Positions 47,665 through 59,360 of a stretch of 64,000 nt of DNA are shown here, piece after piece; position 1 is the stretch's first letter, and each line of letters opens with the position of its first letter. Location: NCBI RefSeq assembly GCF_018350175.1, contig NC_058368.1, positions 177,446,001 through 177,510,000 on the forward strand, read 5' to 3'. The translations under genes were made by a program, and so were the position numbers. Origin of the DNA: Felis catus (lineage: Eukaryota). Below the pieces are notes generated by a model. That model did not search any database and was not told the DNA's origin. It worked only from the letters and a program-made list of their open reading frames with translations.

Positions 47665-47850
47665 GGGCCTTGGAGTCAGGCTGAAGAGAAAGGTGGCTCC
47701 CCCCGCTCCCACATAGGATGATCTTGGGCAAGTCATTTCTTTCTCAGAGTCTCGGTTTCTTGATCCGTCAAATGGGTGTACTAACTCTACGAATGTGTCC
47801 GTGTGGAGGTTAGAGACAATGTAGTCAGATCACCTGGCCCCGTGCCTGGT
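47665..47850 (+). mobile_element. MIR
   Basis: TTGGAGTCAG...TGATCTTGGGCAAGTCATTT...GTCTCGGTTTC...AAATGGG...GTGCCTGG. Confidence 0.75.
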
Positions 47851-49394
47851 ATAATGTAAAAACACGATCACTGGGTCCAATTTTTTTCTTTTAATAACAA
47901 AAATCGCTGTGTCTGACTCCAGATCCCACTGAGAGGTAGAGGCGGGGGGTGAACATAATACCAGGAGAATAAGGTCATCTTCCTTTGAGATGGAAACCTT
48001 TGGGATGGTGGGCGCAAATACTAAACGTCAAAGGAAACCATCCTCTTCCTGTTCTCTAATCAAATGAAAATGATCTAACGGGTGTTTGCTGACCAGGTTC
48101 CCCACCTGCTTCCGTGCCTGCCAGGAAAATAGACGTGTGTTTTTAGTGAACTGTCTCAAGAATGCACATGAAGGATGGAACAAATGCAAATAAGCACCTG
48201 GGTGCCAGGCATAGCCTTGCATTTGGCAAAGGAGGATGCTGGGGTTCAGCAAAATTCAGTGACTTGCCCCAGCTAACAAGTGGCAAAGCTGGGACTGGAA
48301 TCCAAATCTGTCTGCTGCCGGTCTGCCAAAGTCTGCTTTCTTTTTCTCTTTGCCATTATCCCTCCCACCGCACTGACTCTTTGATTAAAAAAAAAAAAAA
48401 AATCAAACATAATACTGTTTACAAAGTTGCAGTGGAGTAAGCGGTGTGTGTGCGCGCGTGTGCTCGCTGTACATAATGTGTTTCCCATCCTGTGCTGGGG
48501 CTGTGTGCATGAAAGAAAAACAAAACCCAAACACCCCAACCCCAAACCCTCCTGAGTTGTCTCACATCAGGAGATCGGCTGCCTTTCCCCCCACCCCAGG
48601 GTGGCTGTGGCATTGTGAGCAAGCTGCAGACCCCCCAAGCAACCAGAACATTCTGTACCTTGTGGCAATTAGTCCCCACTTGGCTTAAGGACTCCAACAT
48701 CAAAGGAGGCCTCCGCCCGCTGCCCAAGGGAGACCAGGGGAATGCCTCAGAACGAGCCCTTTCCCCCTCATTAGGGGCTCCAGCCACCAGCAAAGCAGAC
48801 TCGGACAACAGACCCGGCCCCATCAAAGGCCCCCTTCCCCCGGGAAGGCCTCTGTAATCCGGGGCCTGGCTATGCCCTACCCCCTCCCTAGACCAGCTCA
48901 AAAGCAGCCGTCTGGGGACACCTGACTACTCTCCAGTTCAAAGCCAAGTGAATGCATTAACAAGACAAAACACCATTTTCCTGTCTCAAAACTCCTAGGG
49001 CCCTGCCTTAAGCTGCCTGCAGTCAAGGCCTGGAGAGCACACAATCCCTGCCCATTTACCAGTGGGCCCTGAAGTCAGGCCCCTCCTCTGCAGTATCCCC
49101 CAGCCTTTGAAAGCCTGGAGCACAAACAGGGGCTAACTTAAGCCACTCAGCAATGCCTCTTCAGGCCTAATCTGCTCCTTCATAAAGTAGGTGGCCAATC
49201 TGGAGCCAGCCCTCATGAGAGCCAGAGCTGAGAGGGGAGAGAGCAGGCCAGCTCTGAGGTTGCAGCCCTCCTCTGTGCAAGCACAGAGACTATTTCAGGG
49301 TAAATGAGAGCTAAGGAAGAGCTGCAAGCAGTCTCCCTTCAAAATCCAGGATTCTAGAGCAGAAATGCCAGATTTAGTCATTTACTCACCTTTC

Positions 49395-49920
49395 CACCCA
49401 CCTGTTCACTCATCCACTCATCCACCCATCAATCCACACATCTATCCCTCCATCTGCCTGTCCGTCAATCTATCTGCCCATCCATTCATCCACCCAACCA
49501 TCCACCCATCCATGCCTCCTTCCCATTGCATGCTAGATCCTGTTCCAGGCCCTGGAGATTCAGAAAGGAATCAGACACAGAACCTGCCCTCAAGGAACCC
49601 CCAGTCTACAGGAAGAGCAGAAAATACCTCATGGCTATAAGAGAGATGTTTGAGAGGTAGCACGGGACCCGGAGGATGGAATCTGCGGTGACTGGGAAGC
49701 TAACATGAAAGTGTGAAGCCTGGACCTGAAAGATGAACAAGAGTTTTACCAAGCAGAAAAAAAAGAAGATGGCATTCCAGGTGCCACAGGCAGAATCATG
49801 GAGGTCTGAAATAACCTAGAATGTTTGAGAAACTACTAATCGCTTAGCTTCTGAAGTTTGTATGAAAGGATGAGGTAGGGGAGAAGGGACAGTAAGATGA
49901 AGCTATGGTAAAGAATGGAG
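49395..49920 (-). mobile_element. Degenerate (CCAT)n followed by an L2 fragment
   Basis: CCAT-rich tract to about 49512, then CCAGGCCCTGGAGAT...CCTGCCCTCAAGGA...GGCATTCCAGG antisense L2 text. Confidence 0.65.
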
Positions 49921-49969
49921 TCCCTTTATTCTATGAAGTCCATCCCTAATGAGCATTCTGGGTGACTTG

Positions 49970-50306
49970 TGTGCACACACATACACACACACACAAACAA
50001 GGTCCCACAATGCAAACAGCAAGGCTATGCACAAATACACAGATGTGAATATCTTCACACATCATGCAAACATGCTTACACATGTGTATACACACAAACA
50101 ATAACATGTACACAAATGTGCTCACATACGTATAAACACAATTACCCACATTCAAACACACCTGCATATACACACAAGCATACTAATGCACACAAGCTCA
50201 TATGTGTGTCAAGAGTCTTAGCATGTATACTCAAACCCTGACACACAAACAAACCCACACAAAGACCCACATATGACATCCATGTTCACTCACACAAACC
50301 ATGCGG

Positions 50307-50338
<32 letters not shown>
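49970..50338. repeat. Degenerate CA-rich tract ending in pure (CA)n
   Basis: Low-complexity CA/TA sequence; pure run at about 50308-50338. Confidence 0.9.
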
Positions 50339-50343
<5 letters not shown>

Positions 50344-50989
50344 TCGGGAAAGGCCAAGACTAGGATGCCTGCCTCTCATTATTCCTCAGTCATAAAAATG
50401 TGCCTCAGGCAGTGAAACTTGGCAGAGCTGGGGCCATCAGCTGTGCTTGGGCTGGAGCCGGGTGTCCCTGGGCATCACTCAGCTCTGCCAGGATGGTGGG
50501 GCTCCCTGTCCTGATGTCAGCTTCCTTTCCCAGCTTTCCGGAGCCAGCGCTGCTCCCACTGGGAGAGCTGCCTTCCCTATTCTGCAACCATTGCCTTGCT
50601 TTGGTGGTGGGACAAATATGTCCAGCGCTCACCCACATGGCACTGTGGCCAGAGCCAGCCCTATGATGTTGTCTCTTGGGCAGGTGCCCAGCCAGCCGTG
50701 GGCAGGGCAGCACCATTCTAGGCACAAGACCCGGTGGGTTCCACCCTAGTCTTCTAGTTCCATTTCATGGGCTTCCTCCAACCCGCACCTTCTCCACCCT
50801 GGATCTACCCTGCTCCCTGAACTTCATTCCTGATGCGCTTGGTCATCCATATGAGACCACAGCTGGGATGCCTCTGAGACCGAGGAAGGTGGGGTGTCGT
50901 GGGGATAATATTACTAGCTGATTTCATCTGAGGTCACTATTGAGACTCTGCCCTCTAAGCCTTTCTCTTTTCCCAAACCTGGTTATTTA

Positions 50990-51275
50990 TCCTCCCATCC
51001 ATCCACTTGTATACCCACTCCCCTTTATTCATATTCCTATTCATCCATCCATAGACACAATTCTTAATCTGCCCATTTACCCATACACTAGAATTTCCAT
51101 CCATCCATCCATCCATCTGTCCTTCCATTCCCCATCTATGTATCCACCCATTACATATCTGTCCATTCCTTCACTCATTCAAACATCCGTCCATTGTCCA
51201 CTCACCTAACCATCCGTTTCTTTGAACAGCTAACCATCCACTCATCCATCCATCTATCTATTCATCCATCCATCA
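50990..51275. repeat. Degenerate (CCAT)n microsatellite
   Basis: Repeated CCAT/TCAT units. Confidence 0.85.
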
Positions 51276-51344
51276 ATGTGATCTTCCATTCAGAGACTTT
51301 GAAATTGAAACCACCTAGATTCAAATCCTTATTTCACTACTTCC

Positions 51345-51813
51345 TGACAGCAGATGCTGTCAATTCTCTTCCCATATTGCACAGTACTTAGCATCTCAGT
51401 GCACACAGGTCTGACCTCTAACTGCCAGAACCTATATCTCTTTGTCTGAGGGCTTTTTGTTGCCACTGAGTCTTATCTGTCCCTATGTGTTGAAGTCTGG
51501 AAGCGATGGGGAATGAACACCCCTCGGGAGCAGCCTCTAACCAATGACTAGCCAGAGTTTTGTGTATAAAGAGCCCAGTTTCTTCACCACTGGGTGAAAT
51601 GACTTTGATGTGGGTATTCTTTACTGGACCCCAGAGGTCCCTGGAAAGATTAAGCTCCATTTCCCACAGGGGTAACTTGCTTTATAACACACACTTCATT
51701 GGCTGCCTTCCCTCCCCTGTCTCACGTCTCCACTTTGCTATTTTCCTTCCCAAATACATTACTTGCATCTGAATCCTTCCAAGGTCGGCTTCTGAGGAAC
51801 CTGAACTAAGACA
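51345..51813 (+). mobile_element. LTR16C-like ERVL solo LTR inserted in a MIR
   Basis: AACTGCCAG, TCTCTTTGTCTGAGGGCTTT, GGGAGCAGCC..AACCAATGAC, GATTAAGCTCCA, ends AACTAAGACA; MIR text on both sides. Confidence 0.88.
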
Positions 51814-52039
51814 TTACCTGCGACTTGGACGGATTACTTAACTTAGTGTGATGCATCACTTCTGGTAAGCATTCAGATAACTTTTTTACTCTATATTGCT
51901 ACTAATGATAATAGTCGTAAATATGGGTATACTCTCGTCCTCATGAGACATTGGTCTCTGCCATCCAGCTGCCAGGCAGAGTTACCACCATCTGGCTATG
52001 GGACTGGGGGCAGAGACCTAGGCAGTATCCTTGGCACCA

Positions 52040-52600
52040 CACTTCTTCTCATTCCCAAATCTAAGCCATCCCAAGTCCTTTGATTTTTATGTCTGGTAGT
52101 TCCTGACTCTGCCCTCTTCTCTCCGTCTCCACACCCACCGCTCTGGCCCAAGCTAGAGCCATTGCTGCCCTTGACTGCTGGACAACAGCAAGGCACTCCG
52201 AAGTAGTTGCCATGCACTTCCTGCCCCCACCTAGCAAACCGCTCTCCACAGTGGAGCCAGAGTGATCTTCCGGCACTGCAAGTCTGACCACAAGCCTTAA
52301 GCTTCCCAAAGCTTCCATGGCTCTGAGGATAAAGAGCAACATTCTTCACATACTTACAGGATCACTCTGGCCGCACCCCACCTGTGCTCCCCTGCACTCT
52401 GGCCTTCAGCCTCCCTGACCTACTCACTGTTGGTACCCAGAATGCACAGCACTACCTGCGGGCAGCTAGCTTTGTTCCTACTGTGCTTTAATCACTTTGT
52501 TAGTCCCCCCTCTTCCGTCAAATCTCAGCTTTGACGTCACTCCTTTAGAAACACCCTCCTTGGCATTCTGGACTATGTCAAAGCCTTGATTATAGGCTCA
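52040..52600 (+). mobile_element. L2 fragment
   Basis: CTCCACAGTGGAGCCAGAGTGATCTT...CAAGTCTGACCA...AGGATAAAG...AAATCTCAGCT. Confidence 0.7.
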
Positions 52601-52614
52601 AATACATCCATTGA

Positions 52615-52800
52615 TTTGTTCATTCATTCATTCATTCATTCAGTGAAAATTTATTGAGTGCCTTCCATATGCCAGGCATCCAATGCAGCAGCCGTGAGCA
52701 AATCAGACAAAGTCCTGCCCTCAAGGAGTTCCCTTCCAGTGTCTGTGACTGTCTGGGATAGGAGACAGTCAGCCGGAGGTGCTGCTTTATATAGAGTGGT
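52615..52800 (-). mobile_element. L2 3' end with (CATT)n tail
   Basis: (CATT)n, TTTATTGAGTGCC..ATATGCCAGGCA, CCTGCCCTCAAGGAG. Confidence 0.8.
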
Positions 52801-52982
52801 CTAAGAATATCACTATAAGGAAGAGGAGAGTCGAGATCTAGGTCGTGGAGGTGAGGTTGGGGTGCTGGTAGGGGCAGTGGTGGCGGTGATGGTGATGCTG
52901 CTGAAGATGCTTGTGGTGATAGCGGTATAGATGGCGACAGAACTGGGTGGCGGTGATAGTTGGGCGACGGTGATGGCGATGG

Positions 52983-53876
52983 TGTGATAGGCAGAATAAT
53001 GAGCCCCCAAAGACGTCCGTGTCCTAACCCCCGGGCCCCGTAAATGTGTTATTCTTATGTGGCCAGGGTGAATTAAGGTTGCTACTCAGCTGATCTTGAC
53101 ATAGGGAGATTGTCCTTGAACACCTGGGTGGGCCCTGTGTACTCGCAAGGGTCCTCGTAGTGAAAGAGGGAGGCAGGAGAGAGATTGGGAGGGATGCGGT
53201 GTAAGGAAGATGGATCGGCCGTGGCTAGCAGGAAGCTGGAAGAAGAAAGCTAAGAGCCAAGGAACGTGGGCGGCCTCTAGAAGCCAGATAAGGAACGGCA
53301 ACGGATTCCACCCGAGAGCCTCCGGTGGAACACAGCCCTGCCAACAGCTTGATTTTAGCCCTAGCCCAGTGTGAGACTCATTTCGGATTGCTAACTTCCA
53401 AAACTAATTTGTATCGTTCTCAGCCACCAAGGGCTATGGTCTCACTGTTTGCACGCCCACTCCCCGACTCCAAATCACATGCTGAAATTCTAATGCCCCA
53501 TGTGGTCGTATGAGGAGGCAGGGCGTGATTCTAATGCCCCATGAGGAGGCGGGGCTTGAGGGTGATTAAATCATGAGGATGGGACTCTCATGAATGGGAT
53601 TAGTGCCCTTATAAAAGAGATCCTTCAGACTTCCCTAGCCCCTTCCACCCCGTAAGGACCACGGGGAAAAGAGGGCCCTCCACGAGCCAGGAAGACCTGA
53701 CTACAAAGTTACTGGCACCATGGTCTTGGACCTTCCAGCCTCCAGGACTATAAGAAATCGATTTCTGTCGTTCAGAAGCCACCCCCAGTCTGTAGCGATT
53801 GGTGATAGCAGCCTGGAAAGACAAAGACACCGAGTTTGTACTAATTCGCTACATCAGCACAAAGAAACTAAGCACA
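52983..53876 (+). mobile_element. MLT1D-like solo LTR interrupted by an MLT1A-type LTR
   Basis: Starts TGTGATAGGCAGAATAATG; the 3' tail AGTTTGTACTAATT...GAAACTAAGCACA resumes at about 53835. Confidence 0.88.
53432..53829 (+). mobile_element. MLT1A0-like solo LTR (nested)
   Basis: GCTATGGTCT start, CTCATGAATGGGATTAGTGCCCTTATAAAAGAG core, ends AAGACA; TSD CCAAG / CCGAG. Confidence 0.9.
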
Positions 53877-54848
53877 ATAGCCGTACGATGACGATGGTGA
53901 CAGCGACAGTGCTGTGGCCGGGTTCGTGGACCCCATCTTTTGAAGCAGCCTTTCCTCAGCAGAAGCTGGAAGAGGAAGATGGTGTGGGAAGGGGCTGTGG
54001 GATCGAGAAACGGCTCCCCAGTCACAGAGGGGAGAGAGAGGCAGGGCAGGAGCAGAGGCCAAGCTGACAGGGCTTCAGCTTGTCAGTAAGAGGCACTTTC
54101 ACACTTTATTTATTTTCCTCTTTAAATCCCTTTCCACTGAGAGCCAGGAGCCGCTTTTCAGGTGTTCTCTGTGTGGAGAAAACAGACAAGCACTACCTTC
54201 TGAGCTCCTCGCTGCTCTGGGATGGCCTGGACACCGGGGCCTAAGAGGCCAGAGGGGCTCTAAACTGTGGCCAGCAGGTGCGTCCAGTAGCTTAAGGCCC
54301 AGAATGGGGAAAGGACACCCCAGGGTCCCCTCGCAGAAGTGTCCTGGCTTCCCATGCTGGCTTTTCCCATCACACCACAAACTCTTTGACCTCTGAGTCA
54401 CCCAGAGACAGAGAGGAAAAGAGTCAATGATACAACCAGTCAGTACAAAGGGAAACAAATGACAAAAGGAAACCAGGTCCCCGAGGCCTTGAGGCTCACG
54501 CTTCACTATCTGCCACTGGGGCCCTTGGCTTCCCAGTCCTGGTAGCCAGCCCTGGACTCCCTGAGCTCCACCTACCCTGCCCAGGAATCTGAGTGGGAAC
54601 GTGCCGTTCTTGGGAGACAGACTCTGGGTCTCCAGGGCGGGGTCTTGGCAGGCCCAGCATGTGAAGGGCCCCCCCCCCCCCACACACACAGGGGTACCAG
54701 CCACCACCCCTCGTGAGGGAGAGCAGACAGGCAGGGCAGAATGGCGCCAGGCCCGGGTCTGGCCACCACGGGAAGACCTGCTGGCACCTGTGGGCATAGC
54801 TCCTTCCCCCTGCCTCTCCCTGCGCAGGGCCTCATTAACACCCTCCCT

Positions 54849-54890
54849 GGGGCTGGGGCTGAGGCTGGGGCCGGGGCCGGGGCTGGGGGT
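54849..54890 (+). repeat. (GGGGCY)7 hexamer repeat, G-quadruplex-forming motif
   Basis: GGGGCT GGGGCT GAGGCT GGGGCC GGGGCC GGGGCT GGGGGT. Confidence 0.85.
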
Positions 54891-54939
54891 GGAGGGCAAA
54901 GAGAAACAGCTGAGGCAGTGGAAAGAGTCCTAGCTTGAG

Positions 54940-55100
54940 CCCTTAACTGCTCATGCGGCTCTGACAAATCATTTCTCCATGCCTCCGATTTTTCATCTGT
55001 GTAACTGGGACAATTGTACACGCCACACACAGCCCATTAGGGGAGGCCCATGTGAAATCCCTACCTTGCGCCGGGCACACAGTAGGTGATCAGTTAATGA
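54940..55100 (+). mobile_element. MIR
   Basis: TGCCTCCGATTTTTCATCTGTGTAACTGGGA...CCGGGCACACAGTAGGTG. Confidence 0.65.
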
Positions 55101-57969
55101 TAGCTGTAGGTACTCATCCCCAGGGCTTACAGTGGAGCCCCCTACCTCCCCAACTTCACAGCTCTGTAGCAAATCTGGGTCACATCTTCAGACTTCTCCA
55201 CGGGCGTGTTTCCATGCCCACTCACCAGATCCCAGGCCATGCCACCTGCCTGAGATCTAGAAAATGGGGCAGTGCCCTGGACCCAGGAGAAACTCCATAC
55301 GCAGCAGCTGTTGTTCTCACTCTCGGCTCTGCCACTTCTAGACCACGTCGCCTGTTGGTTAACACCGAAGAGCCTCAGTTTTCTCCTCTGCAAAATGGGA
55401 TCATAATAGTGTGATGCTCAGGGGATGGGTGCCCCCTGTCCCCTCCCTCACAGGGGACTGGCTCTGGAGGAGACACTGAGCTGCTTTTGAGAGGGCCTGC
55501 ATGGCCTGGAAAAAGCAAGGAGCGGGGAGGAGAGCGGGACGGGGTGGAGGGAGCAGGAGGAACAATGGCCAGGCAAGACTTGTGGTTTGTGTCCTGAGAG
55601 AAGTGAGCCGACGCTTTCTTGTCATCAGACTTTCCAGTCACCTGCCTGGGAACCTGAGGAAAAGATTAGGGAGCCAAACACATATTGTTTCTTTTGTTTG
55701 AGGTGCCAAGTTTGGTGGGATGAATCGGCCATCTGTTCTCTCAGCTATGATCTGGCGGAGCCGGAAACCTCTGCTTTCCGAGTTGCTACTTTCCGTCAGT
55801 TGCTAACAAAAGCCGAGGGGTGGGGAGCGGGTGGGGGCTGCCCCTTCCCCGTGGCCCGGCTGATCCTCCGTCGGCCAGGTCCCCGGCTCCTAGTCCCCCG
55901 GGTGCTCTGGGCCTCAGACTCCAAAACTGGAGCAGGAGCCGGGAGCTGGGCTGACCCAGTGAGTCTCTCTGAGCCTTGGTTTCCCCATTGTAAAATGAGG
56001 GTGGCTGCGGCCAGCATACCCCTGTACATCCTTCCAGTTCTGCCATGTGGAAGCGACCGTGTCTCTGAGCTCTGGGGAGGGCAAGGCCTTCAGAATTGAG
56101 GGCGGCCCTTGGCAGGGTGAGCATTAGCCCTTCCCGGGGGTGGCACATCAGACTTCCTGAGCCCCCTTTGCCGGGGTCTGACCATCTGGCCCCTCACGCC
56201 CCAAATGGGGGTGTCCTTGAGGTGGTAGCAAGCAGCCTGGATGCGTCTGAGCAGGTGCTGGATGCTGGGTGCCGGGGACAGCGGCCAGCCATAGTCAGGC
56301 CAGGCCAGGCCCAGGTTGGGTCCCGGCTGCCAGGGGAGGGAAACGGCTTTGGTCGGGGTGTGTGTGTGGAGGGGTCTTGTCTCCCCCACACAGACGTCTC
56401 CTGTACTCCCACGGACACCTGCAGACACAGGCTACAGACAGTCAGAAATTGCACAAAGCCTAACTTGTTCTTCAGGCCTGAGTTACTCTGGGCTAATGGC
56501 CTCAGTGGTCCAAGGGCTAGCTTTGTAGCCCCCAGGTCTCTGTTTCATTTCCCTTATCTTACTCCCCCAAAGGGCAAGGGAACCCACGCAATCAGACCAC
56601 CTCTCTGTGCTAAGCAGGCTTATTTTATTTAACTTTCAGAGCCAGGATATCACCTAGGCTCCATTTCACTGAGGAGTACACTGAGGCTCATGGAGGCCAA
56701 AGAGCACAGACAAGGCCACTCAGCCAGCAAGGGCCAGAGCTCCAGGGCTGTCTCTCTCCACCCCTCCCCCAGGTCGCCCACCAGCACTTCTGTGTCCCCC
56801 ACCCCGCCCCCACCCCGGGCACAGCCAGTATCCACATCTCCGTGCTCCCCCCGCCCTCAGATGGGCCTGCAAGCTGCTGGCAGGTAACAAAACCCCGAAA
56901 TGATTCCCAGCCCCAGCTGCTCCCCACACACCACCCCCAAGTGCGTCTGCTGTTCTCCATCCAAACTGATTACAGCCCCAGACCAAGAGGCAGGGGGAGG
57001 AATGGGAGCGAGCAGGCACCGAGAAGACTTGAAAGAAAATTCGAAACACACGTGTGTGTTGCTTTGGCTCTAGTAACCCTGAGCCCTCAGCCCATGTGGC
57101 CCAGCGGCCTCCCTTCCCCTCCCCCCACCCCACCTGGGTCTCCGAGGGGCCTGCTTTCCATGCTCAGCCCCTGCCAGAGGAAGCTGGCTGGGTCTCTAAG
57201 GCCTGAAGAGCTCGGGGCTGGGAGAGGTGACCGGGGCCCCTGGGTCTGAGAAGGGGCTGCTGAGGCCCACGGAGGGAAGGGTGGGGCTGTCCTTGCTGGA
57301 GATACAGGGTCAAGTGGGGGCATGACCCCAGACTTCACAGGCACTGGGAGAGGATCCAGGACCAGGCGGATTGGAGCGAGGAGTTCCCCCGAACTGCCTT
57401 GCTTTCTCCGTTCCCATCTACCCATCCTGAGGCCCAGGAGAACCTGTCTCTTCTCTGCCCTTGCACCTGCTGCCTTCTGCTTAACCCTCTCTCTGCTGGC
57501 CAGGGCTCAGTGACCCTTAACATTCTGGAGCTAGCATTTAGGGAGGGAAGGGGTTGGCAATAGCTGGCTCCCGGGGCTGGAGCCTGGGTCAGGGACCAAA
57601 GGTGAGGCCAAGTGACAGGCTCTGCCTCATACTGTTTATATGGAACGTCCTTCCAGCAATCAGTGTAGGGCCTCCAAACATGTGGCTTCAATCTCTCCCT
57701 TGAAATATGGTGTGTGGTGGGGGGGAGGCGGGGGAGTCTGCTGCCAACACCCACTGGATGCCTCTTTGTGCGGCCCAGCTGAGCACTTGCTGTGCACTAA
57801 TAGCTCCGAGGCCTGTGCCTCTTGCCAATGGCACTGAACACTTGGTTTGCAAATTAGTTTCATATTTGGGAGGGTGTGGTCTGGGAACAGAGCTGAAAGG
57901 CTGGAGCAGTGGACGGGCAGGATGGGGAAGGCACGGGGCTTGAGGGGCAGGCCGAATTGTGTTCATATC

Positions 57970-58130
57970 CCACCTCAGTCACTTGGGAGCTGGGAGAGCC
58001 TGGGCAGGTGCCTTCACCCCTCCAAGGCTTCCTTTTCCTATCTGCGAAATGGACGTAAATGACCACGTAACCGAGCGTGGTGACCGACGCGAAGCGCGCG
58101 GCCCGGTGCTGGCACACAGCCCGCTCAGTG
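57970..58130 (+). mobile_element. MIR fragment, strongly GC/CpG-shifted
   Basis: CCTGGGCAGGTGCCTTCACCCCTC...TTTTCCTATCTGCGAAATGG...AAGCGC...GTGCTGGCACACAG..CGCTCA follows the MIR core and 3' end. Confidence 0.65.
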
Positions 58131-58904
58131 TGTGTGAGCTCCCCTCCCGTCCCTTACCTTGGCTGCCCACCTCTCCTGAGGCCCACTGTCTGCTCCTTGT
58201 TGGCCTGACTCCTGCTTGTGGCTGCTTTCTGGCTTACTGTGGTATGCGCCAGTAGTCGGGAGACGGAGGTCTGAAGCAAAGCTTTGTCGGGGGTTGGCCT
58301 GTGCCCCTGAAGGCCTCATCTCTCCCAACTTTAGCAGGGTGGTGGGGAGTGGGGGCCCCGAGGGAGCTGGATGAGATGGATGCCTCACGGGTGACTCCGA
58401 TGTCTAGAACTCAGGGACTCCAGAAGACTCCAGGAAATCAAAAGTCCCCAGGCTTGTGGTCCTGGGAAGGGGCTGGCGTAGGACCGAGGTGGTGAGGTCC
58501 TGAGAGACGGGAGACGGGGGAGACAAACTCCCTTGGGCCGGTGTAGAGGGCACGTCCTCCTCACCTGGGTTGTCCCCTGCTGCCGCCTCTGACTCACTTT
58601 CCCGCCTCGCCGCACCTCTCCCTGCTGTGACAAACTCCCAGAAGACCCGACCTGCAGGCGCCTGAGGAGGACACGTTGCTTCGAGGGAGAGGAGGCCAGT
58701 GAGGAGGGACATTTCCCTAAAGCGGCTGCTTTTCAGTGCTTTTCAGAAATTCCAGTGGTGCTATCAAAACGCAGTGTCCGGGGCCCCCGCCCAGGCTGAC
58801 TACGTCACAGTCTTCCTGATGGAGTCCTGACTGGCTCCCCGGATAAATCTGGGGTGCACCCAGTTTTGCAGACCCATTCCTGGTGAGAAGCAGGGGTCGG
58901 GTTT

Positions 58905-59360
58905 GGGGTTTGCCACGTCTGGGTTTAAGGCCACATGTCTGGCCCAGCTGCCCACAAACCAGTGGCTTAAAGCAACAGCCATTTATTTTGTCACGTCCTG
59001 GACGCCCCAAGCTCCAAAATCAAGGTGTCAGCGGGCCCACGTTCCCTCTGAAGGCTCTGGGGAAGAATCCCGCCTTGCCCCATCCAGCACTGGTGCTGGC
59101 CGGCAATCTTTGGCACTCCTTGGCCTGTAGATACATCACTCCAATTTCTGCTTCTGCCTTCACATGGCTTTCTTCCCTGTGTGTCTGTATCCAAATTTCC
59201 CTCTTCTTATAAAGACACCCGTCATGGGATTAGGGTCCACCCTGATCTAGTATGACCTCATCTTAACTTGATTACATTTGCAAAGACTCTTATTTCCAAG
59301 TAAGCTCACATTCACAGGTACTCAAGGTTGCAGCTCTTTTAGGGCGGCAAACCCAACACA
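58905..59360 (-). mobile_element. MLT1C-like solo LTR
   Basis: GTGGCTTAAAGCAACAG, AAATCAAGGTGTCAGC, CTCTGAAGGCTCT, GACCTCATCTTAACT, TGCAAAGACTCTTATTTCCAA. Confidence 0.85.

Noticed and set aside
54099..54899. Longest ORF (266 aa, minus strand) and neighbouring 54-61 kb ORFs
   Set aside because: GC-rich, stop-poor sequence with ORFs overlapping in several frames; no recognisable domain or exon structure.
54000..59000. Possible CpG-island promoter
   Set aside because: GC-rich, but CpG remains sparse apart from small patches; no sustained island.
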